Shown here one piece after another: positions 1 through 12,899 of a stretch of 64,000 nt of DNA. Location: contig OZ296649.1 of assembly GCA_965655095.1 (NCBI GenBank), positions 83,576,001 to 83,640,000 of the forward strand. The letters are read 5' to 3'. The notes beneath the pieces were generated by a model that searched no databases, was not told the origin of the DNA, and saw only the letters and a program-made list of their open reading frames with translations. The DNA comes from Haplodiscus bocki. Taxonomy: Eukaryota. A program made the position numbers and the translations under genes. The number at the start of each line of letters is the position of its first letter. Position 1 is the stretch's first letter.

Positions 1-3000
1 ACATCCAATTACACATCCGTAAAAATGCACAACCTAAACAACAAACAGTTCTTGACCGTAACGCACTCTTGGAGGTAAACAAGTAGTGAAAAAGTGTCTG
101 ACGTGGGCGTTGTGTGTGTTCTTTAAAAACACACGTGAGACGACAACCAGATTTTTTTTGTTTCAATTCGTCTTTGGAACGGATATTTCCATTCTTATGG
201 TGGCTGTCTTTTTTTTGCTATGTCTACCGAAGAGATTGGAAACTCAACTAACAGTCGATTTTGGGTGGCAACAGTAGCAGGTATTCTTTTCGTGAAGTCC
301 GATTGATGTTTCACTCTTGACAAATCATAACGACAAATACAAGGATTTCAGACTTTCGACTTCCAACAAAAAAACGATGAGTCTATCAAGTTGAGAGCGA
401 ACCTCAAAGGTGTTGGTGAGCCAAAGCCAGTTTCATTGTGGTAACGTATCAAACTTTAGCTTGATTTTATCAACTTCCATTTGTTCAAATGCGTTGGTTC
501 GTTTTGGAACAACACTGCCTCCTCGTTTTTGATTTCAGTATCCAATTCAACAATTTGTGGAATGTTTCAGTCCGCAGCGTCGTTTTGCTAGCGTTTGTTT
601 TCTGCAAGAACCTGACTTTCAAATAAATTTGACGAAGCTACACAGTTTGAAGCGCAACTTTTACCTTGCAGTTTTTGTTTTCTGGTTTGACTGGAAGGCA
701 GAGTCGTTGTCATCTTGACTATTCTCGCTAATTGTTAGTCTTTCTTTGCTGTTTACATCGATAACAACAAAAAGAGTTCAAGAACTTTCCAGCAAGCCAA
801 CTTTATCTTTTCATAGTGCTTTTTTCCCAAACTAACAAAAGTGGTTTGAGAACTAATCTTTTTCCGAAAACGTGGAATTTTTTCAATCCTGCTTCAGTTT
901 TTACTGCTTTTTCTCAACAGTTCAACTTACTGCTCGTTTGAATAACCTCTCATATTTAAAAATTTTCAATTTAACGTTTCACAAGGGTTCAACTTAACCG
1001 ACACTCAGTTATCAATCAGGCTGAAGAAACGAGAATTTCTGTGAAGTTGAGTACTTACTTAGGTGTATTTGGCATTACTTCAGTTCCGGTGAAGCAACAA
1101 TTCAGTTTATAGTTTTTAACTCGTCGAGATTGGTTCCTACAAGCTTGAAAGATTCAGCATATGGCAACCTGTCAAGGCCCAATACTTTTGGTGACAGCCC
1201 TTTGTTACAGTTTTTTCAGTTTGCAGTTACAGGAAGTGATGTCTCAAAATCAGAACTTTGATTCAAACACAGATAATCCACAAGTATTTTTATTGATTTT
1301 GGAAACAAAAGCAAAGAAAGCATCTACAAAAATTGTATTCCAGCTGTTGCTCCAATTGACGCATATGCAGCCAATACGGCAGTTGATCAAGTTTGCTTCG
1401 AGCAGAAGAACAAAGCGTCGCGCAGTTGTTATACGATCCACTCAAGTAGCAATGTAAGATCAAAGTTCGCGTCATTTCATTTAATTTTTGCCTTTCTGGC
1501 TCTTTGCAGCACAAGACTCATGTCCTTTTTCACTAAATCAGGTCGCCATTCACAAATTCCGTAAACAAAATGACACAACGACTGATGCGTTTCGTAGGAT
1601 CAGCCCATCAGTAACAGACACATTGGTTACGGATTTGACAAAACTGAGTTCTAGTCAAGAAACCTTTGACAAAAAGTTAAATGAGATATCCAAAGAGCAT
1701 TGGAAGAACGCAGACGCACCAAGACGAATCAATCAAACATTTTTCGAAGAAACAATCACAGCAGCACTGAGTCTTGTTTTTTCCAAAAACAATTGAAAAC
1801 GAAACATGTATCTGCTTTAAAAAACTGTGGTGACAATCGAGACCGCTTCCACTTTAACAAGGTAGGATCCAAATCACCTAAAATCACTTTTACAACTGGC
1901 CAAAGAACAACCGAGAGAACTATTCGTCACCACAGCAGTCGCATCAAAACAACTATCAACCGTAGAACTCTTATTGCTTCTTCGAACAAAAAAGTCCATT
2001 TTCCGAGGCCAAATGAAACATTTAAAAAAAGTTTGACTACTTCAGCCGGAAATTCAAACTGTCACTTGAGCTTGATTTGAAGTGCATATGCCTGACTGAC
2101 TTCACAGCGAATAAGCAACAGCTCAGGAAAGCTTCGCATAGGCTTCGTTAGGCTAATCAGCATTTTACACACCACAAAGAAACCCTCCATGGTGTGGATT
2201 ACAATATTAATTTGACCGGAAATGAAAAAATGAATATTCAGCACGAGACTCGGAAGTGTTCTCTTGTAGGAGAAGTGAAGTGAAAAACCAGAAATTTTTA
2301 TTAAAAAACCCCAAATTAAACAATCAGACGTCTATGCGCTTCTTCTGTTAGAAAGGGCCAATCTTTTTTATGCACTCCTTAATTTTTTTGAACGACGAAA
2401 CCTCTTTGATGCATAACCTTGTGGTAGTGCTTTACTTGAGCCTCTATGTTTTAAATTTAAGCTGGTTAACAAATTCCGATTGAAGTTCAAGGAAAACTAA
2501 CTTTTTAGATCCGATCTCGTTTTCTCCCAGATAGTTTTTCTTTCAATACATTCAATGCTGTTATTCGCACCACTCTAGTAACACAAAAATTTATTATTAA
2601 CTTCGATCCGAAGCCATTTTTTTACAGTCGCCAGACCATGTCGTTCCATAAAACAACGTTTACCTTAACAAATACCACGCGGAAAAAAACGAAAACAGTT
2701 TTTTTCGGACGAAAATTTAGGATTTGCCCCGGCCACGAGATTTTTAGTTTGTCAATTGACGAACCAGTCTGATCAATTTGAACCCGAGCAAGAGCAGTGT
2801 TTGCTTAATGGACAAATGTATTACTAACAAATTTGGTAACGAGAAAGTTTTTTTGTGCTTTAAACAATCTAGAAAAGCCGCTGACGTTGAATAAACAAAC
2901 AGATTTAGCCTACTTTGGAAAACCGAACGGAACACGAAATGATGAACCGACTAAAAAAGACCCCAAGATTGTTTCATCAACGAATTTGTCTGACAGGATT

Positions 3001-6000
3001 GGTTTCGAAGTCGAAATGAATAAGCTATTTCACATCTTCACAACTGAGCTGACAATTAAAATTGGCAATTTCAACGCCCAGTAAAAACAAAGAGTCAACG
3101 GAAACGTTTTGAATCCAAAAAAACTTTCAGACGTTTCGTAGGACACTTGTTTCTTCATTGGTGACCAACAAACTACTTGTGGAAAACGTGGTTGAATGCA
3201 TTGATGTGGCTACGATACATTGCTTTGATGTGGCTAGTTGGGCGCCGCTCATGATTAAGCTAAAACCAGGAGAGCCGCTTCTGATGTTTGTTCAACCTCC
3301 ACCACTTCCAAATCAGCTACGGGACGAAATCTTGTTTGTTTCGACTTTATTGCAATACTTCAACAACTTAACAGTCTTGTCACTTTCCATTTACAGAAAT
3401 CATACTATTTCAACGCCAGTCATCTGGCAAACAGTAAATACTTTTTGACCCACGCCGAGTTAAACAAATCTTCAGCCATGATTAGATGAATCGCACTTTT
3501 CCAGCTAAAATATGACAGATGACAAAAGTCAATTCGCCTGCAGCAAAAGGTTTTGTAAAAGACGCTATCCGCTAACAAATAATTTCTTTCAATTGGCCAA
3601 CAACCTTTCAACCAGACTCATGGCAATCAACTTTGCATTTGTTACTTTCGCCTACAATTGCTTAGCTCAAAACTAAGGCAAATCTGCCGGGGGCTCTAGT
3701 TCTTCTGTAAGGCTTCACGTTCTTTAGCTTGCTTAGCAGCGAATTTTCCTATGAAATCCATAATTGAAAATGCTGCCTGAGTTGCTACTTCTAATGCAAA
3801 AGTACTTGCGCTCAGGGAGAACTAAGAGCCAGTACCATTTTCTTTTTTGTTATGAAAGCCAACAATTCCAAGAAGTAACAACCATCTTGAATTCCTGACC
3901 ATAAGGAGTTCAGACCTTTCGCGCGTTAGGATCTCAAAGTTAAATTTAGCGAAACCAGACCTTGAGTAAGTTCTCAACCTTGGTTCTCAATTCCATAGCC
4001 CTGGATTTTTTCGAAATCGAAGACTGTCTAGTCGAACAAGTTGACAAACAGGTAAAATTTGAAGGACCGTGTCTTTCGGTTCGCGACCTTTCATTGTTTT
4101 TTAATCAAAAATTTGCGTGCATTAGAAAACAATTTCATCATCAGATTTGAACTTATGTCACATCTCCCAAACCATACGTGGAGCAACGGAGATTGTCTAT
4201 GTATCAACTGATATTGGTTGCTCATTGAATTTTTACGCAAAGAGTAATCATCGGTTTTTCTTGAACTACGTGCACCAAGTCTTGCCATTTGACACTCTGT
4301 TGGCCCACATTGCTGACAGAGCAGTAGGAGCTTCAGGTTTTTGCTCAGGAGTGACAGCGGATCCTAGAATTTGCTCTTCTTTGAAGCCCACGGATCAGTT
4401 CCTTATGCAGGATATCGAAGTTGGAGCTAAAGCTAGGGCACCAAAAACCTCCCAGCTAAATTTTGCGAGGGTTGAAAACTTCTACGACGAATTACTTGCC
4501 ATTGCTGCAGAACAACTTTCGGTCACTTAGAAACACACGGTCTAAAGGACCACTATTGCGCCAAAAACTGTACCAACGAATCGATAGAATTTTCTTTAAA
4601 CCAATTTCTCAAGTCATTTTGAAAGGGACGTGGATTTTGCAGAAAATTTTGATGACTTACCAGATCGGTGCCAGCTTTCAAAATTAAATTCAGAACTGAA
4701 AAATGAAGGAGCCATTCGTGAGGCATTTTCGTAGATATACAACGGGAGCTCCTAAGTTAATCGTCTGATCCGCCTATTGACCTACCAAAACATGCTAGAT
4801 ATTAGCTCAACCAATTCCCAGTCAAGGATATCGTTTCGCATCCTCCATTTCACAAAAATGGTGTCTATGCAAACGTTTACCTGTTTTGATAAAAATGTTG
4901 ACGCGAAATTCTCTCCTGTCTTCGCATATCTTAAACAAATGCAAATCTTGTCACTGCTAAAACAAATGAAGAACTTCTCAAGGCTTTCAATTCCAAAAAT
5001 TTTGCCTGAATTTTTGTGTCCATGAAAAAAAAATTTTTCTTTTCTTTGGATGTCAAGCGATCTTTCTGAAAACAAGAAAGTCAAACACAACAAGCGGTCG
5101 CCATAAGGCTAAATCCAGGGCAGGCCGCTCCCAAGCAAACTGGGTGGCGTGCAAGAACATTCATTTCACGCTTTGTTTTGAAAACTCAGTACAACCTTAA
5201 AACTAGTTTGTTTATTGTCTTGTCAAGATATGTCAGCGAGCAGACATCAGAAAGCGTGAACAAACTTCAATCTTTTTTTTGGCAATTAGCTAGAAAAATA
5301 AACCCCATCTGCACTGGACTTTATTTTGCAGCCAAACTTGTGTTCAACTAAACAGAAATACTTGAAATCCGGTTGCGAAAGCTGAATTGAAACATGAACA
5401 AAGATGAGCGTGCTTGAAAGATCTCAAAACGAATTTGCATGTAATCCGGAATCGATTACCAAAGAAATGTGGAATGATTGATACAACGAGGTTCAATTGG
5501 TGACTCTTCAACACTTTTGGCTCTACCATTCAACCGTTATCTGCAAACTTACGGTGTTTCTTCAAAGGACACGAGCCAATCAAGCTATTAGGTTTACCCT
5601 CAAGGAGACTTTCATCGAGAAGAAACATCCCACCAGTGAAAAAAGGATTGCTCTGCAGAACGGTTCCAAAAACAATTTTACAGAAACGAAACTTTGATTG
5701 ACCGAACTGTGAAACAAATTTCGTGCCTAATATGATCGCAAAAATGAATGCCAATGCTTCACTTTTCTCCTTACAGATTTTTACTAAGGCCGCAAGAATC
5801 AACTAAAACTTTTTTTCACAAAAGAAGCAAAACCAAAGTTCATCGTCTTCTTTCACGGTCAGTCACTACGCAAAGCGACCACCTCTGAAACTGTCATCAA
5901 AGTTTGACCCGATCCTTCGACAGCCCAGTTTTCCTGCGCGGAACTGCTGTTTGATGAAAAAAAAGTTAGTTGTTTGGAAAGCCCACCCTAGTTGTTGCAA

Positions 6001-9000
6001 TACCAAATGCGACCGAAGGTACCCAGCAGTGACTCTCAGTCTTTGCTTTCCGATCACTCTGACCCCTATCTTGTATGGCAAAGATGACAGGACAGACATG
6101 CGATTGTGCCAAAAACATTGGCAATCAAGCTTGTCCCATTGAAACATCTTATCTCGAAAGTCTTTTTTCCAGCCGTCCCCAATGAAGGTCATTGTCTTTT
6201 GAAATACAAAATCCCTGTTTGCTTCCTAAAACCGATCCGTTTGACAGCAACGGACGTTACGGTATACCGATAACTTTTTTCACAAGCCTGGATGCAAACA
6301 ATTGTCACAAAAAAGCAAACGATTGTTTTTTATTTACTTTTCATTTTGAGCGCTGTAGCAATCAATTTTTCTCCGACAATTTCGAAACTGCTTCTATGAA
6401 CTCTGAAATCGGACGACAGGCAGCACTGGAAACCTCGCCGTCCAAAATAGCAAAAGAAGAACAGAATTGAGGAAAACTTGATTTCCTTTTATTTCAATTA
6501 ATCAAGGTTGCCTAATTACTGTTTCTTTTGGGAAGTTTCCTCTGGAAATTCTCAGCGAGCACGAACTCTTGAAAAAAGATAATCAAAAGAATTCCAAAAA
6601 ACAATACGTAGACACTCAAACTTTTATTTCTGCAAAGTTTAACAGAAGCCCTGTTGAAATGGCGTCTGAACAAACATAAGAACTCGCATTATTTCCTGTT
6701 GAAGTTTGAGATTTTACTGGATTGGATTTCGCATAAAGGTTTTGAAAAACTGCGTGACTTCAAACTGATAGTGTGTTGATTCTCATTTTCTCGTATCTAG
6801 CAGTTACTTTTGCCTTATTCGAACAAATTTGGTTTCTAACAATAACGTCTCCACCAAAAAGGAAAACTAAACGGAAAACTTGATCTTGTTCACGATGTCG
6901 GTGAAAAATTGGAGAACAAAAAGTTTGTCCCTGAGGACATCCTAAAAAGGCTTTCAACTAACGATTTTTGAAAAAAAGTGAAAATCAAAAATATGATTCA
7001 CCGCCTTTTGTCCCTTTTTTCTCAACCCAGCTAGCAACCAGTACTTTTGGAGTAAATGTACTCTGGATGTTAAACCAAAACGACCAAAAATTTCGGATAA
7101 CAGGAAACAACAAAATACCGTCAGTGGAGGACCACTTGTGTTCCTTTTGCCAAACCAACGTAAAAAACAAATCACCGAAGACGCTTTTTGAATGTTTTCG
7201 AGTCCAACTTTGATGCTTTCCACGTTATTTAATGAAGAAGAGGAGACTCTCCGTCGGTGCATCAGATGATTAGTTTCTGCAGAGTATTCTCGGAAAGTAT
7301 AAAAACCAATCCAACGCAAACGCTGAAAAAATCATCACAGTCGGTGTTATCCAGATACTACAAAAGAGTATATCACTGCACGTATAACAAAATCGTAAAA
7401 AACGTTCCTCATCTGAAAGTGAATTGCGGTTTTAGGTGACACTTGAACCAGAACACCTGAGACCCACGACAATGGATGTCTTTATCAAAAAAATGTGTTT
7501 TCGAGAGAAATTTTTGTTTTCTCTGCTACTAAAGCCAAATATTTTTTGCGAGTCACCACTTTACTTGAATTATACAAAACTTTTTCCGTAGTAGCAAGTA
7601 ATCGTGCCAGCGTGAAAAACCAGTGGTCTGCTCTGTTTATTTTTCGTGTAGAAGATGGAAAGTCAATCAACTTTTCCCTACAAGGAACTCTGCCGTTGTC
7701 GCTTCTTCTGAAGGAAACGGTGCTCTTGGTAACAGGTAGCGCCAGTTAACGTTAAAACAGCTAATGATCACCCTTTCTAACTTTTCCAAGCCGTCCTTTT
7801 CCCTACAACACTTCTTGTTTAATGGGCGACGCCTTAGCGGTAACAGGAGGGTTGCAAACGACCCATAACACACCCCTTGCTCCACGGCGAAATTTTTTAG
7901 GCTTTTAGAAACAAAAGTTTTGAATAGACGCCTATAATTCTTACGGTTAACTTTCAGTCATTTCCTACATGGAAAATTGAGGGTCTATATTTACCTCTCT
8001 ATGGGAAAATGTTGTGTAGTAAGTTTTTCCCGCAGAATAGTTCGAGCATTGTTTCAGTTCCTTAAGGTACAGAATTTGCTTTAGGTTTTTCCAAATTAGA
8101 ATAAACTTCTTTCTACTATTGTTACATACTTTTCGTCATACACTTTGATGCACTAGTTGCCTGTGATTTTTCGTTTAGGAGACTACCTACTTTTAAATGA
8201 GCGCTGATCATAGGTTTTGGCATTCGGCTTTTTGCGTCCGCATCAGCTGATTCCAAAAACAGCCACTAATATTCCATATCATCATCAATTTCTTCAGAAT
8301 CTTTTTCAGATTGTTATCTTCGTAACATCATTTTGTCACGTAGCGTGCGAACCCACAAAGATATCGAAAGCACGAAATCCGACCTAACGTTTTGATCACA
8401 AAAACCCGCAAATAAACTGCAGTTGTATTGGCTGGATCCACTTGAATCATTTATCATGCATGTGCGCTCAATATATGACCTGCCATTGAAAACCTCGAAA
8501 ATGGAAACAAGCGTGCTTTTAAAAAGAAAAAAAGTTTTTTTTAAAAGAAATAAGAAAAAAACTGTTGGGTGGTCCGAACGTCCACCTAGTCAATTCCTGG
8601 TGGAGAGAGACAGGACATGAATTTCTTGAAGACTTCCTTTGAGGATTGAATACAAACAGAAAGTTCGTTTCAAGGCACGAGTTGTATTCTATGTTGTTGT
8701 TTTCGCTGTTCCCACATTGCTACAACCCATTTTCCTGTTTGCCTACAATCGTGTTTAATTGTGCATCAAAAGTTTCTGCATACATTGAGTAATTACACAA
8801 AAAAATCAGGCGCCAAACAAGTGCATCAGTTGTCTGCACAGTTTAACAAATATTTCAACGCTGTAAAGGAAAATTAATCAAAATAATTACAACATGCAGC
8901 GCTTCAACGGCCACCCCTCACAAGATCCTTTCTCATTGGCTATACAGCATCACCATTTCAAATTTCAGATTCAAAACCTTAAGTCCTGGAGACAACCCAA

Positions 9001-10800
9001 CCCAAATTGGGCTGTGACTGTCATTCGTTTTAACTCACGAACGTCATTGTTTCACTCAAAACACAAAGAAAAAATTGTGATGTGGTGCCAACAATGGAAG
9101 TGATGAAGAGGCTGCTTTTTGTTCGCATTCCACTTTCTTGGAACATTCCAAACTGTTTCCAGGCCGTGACTGAGTGGACATCTCTCTCTTTTAACCTTTA
9201 ATGGAAATGATTGAATTAGAACCAAGATCAATTTACCATTTTTTCTCTGTCTCTCGTAGGGAAATTTATTGCAAAAGTCTGGCTGAAGAAAAGCACATCA
9301 TTTTATGACGGGCACAAGTAGTTTTTAACAAAAACCATCCAGTTGACATCTCTGGGCACATGGACAATTGTGGTGGCTGTCTTTGTCTTCAACCTTTTCT
9401 TTTTGTTCCTCCCGGTTTTTGTCCACTTAACAGGAAAAAAGTTTTCTTTAATTTTGACACTTTGGAACACTTCAACTTGGGTATTCCAATGTTTTAAATT
9501 GTACACGAACATTGGACACCTCGAACCAGATTTTCGTCTTTTTCAACGGGCCGGATACGTTTGAACGGAGATGATGCGTTGTACTGAAACGAAATGCCTG
9601 ATTTCATTAAAGCCATAGTTTTGGATGATGACATTGGAACAATTCTACTATTTCATCCATTACGTTCAATAAAATTCTTGAATACGTAGAACATTAGATC
9701 AGGATCTCAGAAAAAAGTCAATTGATCAAACGCAACTCTACACAAAGAAAATTCAAAACAAGTCAATTTCCAGTTGGAATTTTGGGGTTTGGTGTGTTTA
9801 AGGCATTGAATCATATTTCTGCGCGTATAAGGAGTCTGCCGTGGATTAGGCGCCAAATGATATGAAAATGTTGGTTCGTTTTTTCCTAAGTTTGGGAGAC
9901 ATTCCAGGAAAGTCTCAATTCTTAAAGGTTGATAAACCTAGGAAAGTTGGTTCTTTTTCAGATAATGCAGTGTACACAATCTCAAACTTTTCAAACGGTT
10001 CGAAACGAAATATTTTTGCAAAAGGACTAGCTTACGTTACAAAACTGGGAGTCCGACCGGGAAGAACAATGGGGCTTTTGTTATTCAGTACTGCTATGAT
10101 TAGTTTCATTCGATCGATGAACATACTTCCCTTCCAAAGTTTGGGGAATATGCAACGTGTATCTTTGGCCAACATTACAGTTCTGTTGGTTGTTTGGAAC
10201 AAAAGTATCGGGCAACTTCCAGCGGGGCTCAGATCAAGATATTTTTCAATATCTCAGCGACTCACAGTTAGTTTTGGAAAACTCAGTTCCTCCCAATGTT
10301 TTTGGAAACACCCGGCGCCAGCAAATTTGACCTTCAGGGGTAAGAGTTTACAAAAATTGTTTTTTGAGGAACATGTTTAATGAAATGTGAGAAGAAGGAC
10401 CCAGAAGCTGTTTGTGTTCAAAGATGTCAAAAGTTTAGGATAGAATTGCAACGATTGGTTTTACGTGTAGAGTGGTTCAACGTGGTCCCGGATTGTTTTC
10501 TTGCAATATCGTTTAGGAAGAGCGAAAGCCGCACATATACCGAAAACTGGCCTTCAACAGAGATGAATGGAAGAAACAATTCAAAATGTCCGCTTTGGAC
10601 TTTCTCCAGTAGTCATTGATGTCCCGACCAATGACTCTTTTCAAAGGTAAGGAGCAGATCAAATCACTTCTCGTCTGGCATTCTCCGGGAACGTACTTAT
10701 AATGGCTTGGCGAAATTGCGCCAATGTTCTCCACTCTTCATGCTGAAAACGAGAGCTGTAATTGACAAAAAGCAGCAGAAAACATTATTTTATATGCTAC
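1..10800. other. Decayed ORF-dense island of unknown origin (possible endogenous DNA virus or large transposon relic)
   Basis: Closely packed protein-like ORF fragments broken by stops and frameshifts, e.g. a near-continuous + strand run ~2640-6470 and - strand runs ~6700-7885 and ~9500-10734. No recognisable exon structure, and no hallmark domain recognised. Confidence 0.3.
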
Positions 10801-11672
10801 CTGGCGGAAAGATAGGGATATAGAGGGACCTCGAACAGGTATAAAATCCCAATAAGAAATGCCCACGAAAAAAAAATACAATAATGCGTTTAGAAATGAG
10901 TCTTAGTAGAGATACTTCATATGTACGACAACACATCTGAACATACGAATAAAAACTTAGAGCTCTCTCACAACCAGACTAGAGATTTTTTTGGCAGGAA
11001 TCGATTCCGCAGCAGTTTATTCAACACTTGAGCGCCACCTTCCCTCAGACGTATTAATCATTGAACTTTCGTGATTGAGGGTTTTAGGTTCACCGACGTC
11101 GATGCTCTATGTTCGAAGTTGAGAAGGATATCGCGGAGTGAATAAACCGTTGCAGTACTAAAAACAATGTGTTCTTTTCAGCAACTTGATAGTGATCATG
11201 ATAAATTTATGTGTAAAAAGATCAAAAAACGAAAAGAAATTGTTTTACGCGAAATTTGTTTTCGATGTGAAAAATATATGTCTGAGAAACAAGTCTACTT
11301 TTTTCCGGAAAAAACAATAAAAGTTTTATTCATTTGGTGATGATGGTTGCGATGTATAAAGAAATGGTTTTCTCAGTTTTTTCACATTGTCGTTTTTTCT
11401 CAGTCCTATTTTATGTCGGGTTATGAATTCAGCTATTTTATCAATTTTTTTCCGTTGTTTGTTTAACTAATTAACAACAAGAGAGTGTGACTGAAAATCC
11501 AGAATACTTGTCCACTCGCCAAAGTATCGTTTTCCGAATAAAATCAGTCAAGACATCAAGTATAGATAAATGAGAGTGTCAGCTGAAAACTGAATTACAT
11601 ATCAATATTCGTATTTACCAGAAGTGCAAGTAAGTGCTTCTCCAATTTTTTAATGCACCGCCCTTTCTTTGA

Positions 11673-11990
11673 CCTCCCAGTCTGAATATTCGGCCGAATT
11701 TTTTTCTACGATAACGGCAGATTGGCGGGAAAAAACAGGGAAACCGCCGGTTTTCAAAGAAAAAGAACGGCGGTTAGCAGCGTTTCTTAGAAACTTAGCA
11801 GCGGTCACCGGCGTTTCTTGAAAAAAATAACAATGACTACAACCGTAGCTTAGAAAATCTCCACCAAAAAATACGGCCCATGATTTAGAAAAAAACGGCG
11901 GACTTCGAATCTCCTCAAACCTGAAAAACTTTCGCCGATAATTCCATCACCGCTGTCGTTCAGCATTAGCAGTCTTCAGTTTTGGACCAC
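11673..11990 (+). repeat. Dispersed repeat with degenerate internal AGAAAAATAACGGCGG-like units (copy 1)
   Basis: Repeated aacggcgg/cttagaaaa units; shares tttctacga... and the unit with the copy at 18960-19093. Confidence 0.45.
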
Positions 11991-12779
11991 CTTCCTTAAT
12001 TATTTAAACATGGATAAAAAACTTTTGTTGTTTAAAATATTTCATTAAAGTTTTTGTTTAAGAATCTTCACTTCCACAAACACAGTAGGAGCTGACGGAA
12101 ATATATTTCTGTTTTTCATCTATCAACTTCGCTTTTGCCACTACTTTCATGAGAAAACCGACAAAGTTGGTGGTTCTTTTGTGAAAAATTTGCAAAAAAA
12201 TGACTGCATCGAGAAAAATTTGAAAAATCCCTCCATTTTTTTAAGCACTAATTCAGTGTTTTTGATGTTTCGTTTCTTTCCTCTAAACTTAGACAAGAAT
12301 TCGAAAATCCGGGAAGGAAAGTACAGCAAAGAAACACTGAAGAAACGAAAACAAGAGATTTTTGAAAACGTGTCCACTTTTTGAAAAAAAAACGAACCAA
12401 TATCAAGAAAGCCACTGGGAGAACGATACAAAAAACCTCAAAATGACAGTTTCTCTTGACCTAGTTGCGACATCTTGACACACAATGTTGCAAAAAGTCC
12501 AAGAAAAGATCAACAATGGCTAAGCCAACATAAAGCTGAGGTTAAAGCCAAGGGCGTTGAGACATCTTTTGGTAACTATTCAAATTAGGAGTTTTGAGGA
12601 AAAGAAAACAGAACGGAAAACATGGATTGGCTCAATTAATTTGATATAGGACAGACAGCCATACTCTTTTACCGCGCATTACGACACAAACGAAAAATAT
12701 TTTGTGATATAAGCTTTTTTTAGAACCGTTTGGATAGTGAAGTCAATAGGTTTATCACGGGAGACAGGAATAAAGTGTG

Positions 12780-12804
12780 ATAATAATAATAATAATAATA
12801 TAAT
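12780..12804. repeat. (TAA)n microsatellite = (ATT)n 3' tail of the minus-strand LINE
   Basis: ataataataataataataata just beyond the Cys-rich ORF2 C-terminus (DSCIWRLLSGCANCR) on the - strand. Confidence 0.8.
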
Positions 12805-12899
12805 ACTATAACTGCTGAGAGACTTCAGAATTGAAGTTTCACCAGAGGTTATTTCCTCTGCACAGATTAGTCAACAGGTTGAAAAATTAAAGAGTGAGT

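Noticed and set aside
9862-10380. 172-aa + strand ORF as a real gene
   Set aside because: No recognisable motifs; looks like the antisense shadow of a decayed minus-strand coding sequence.
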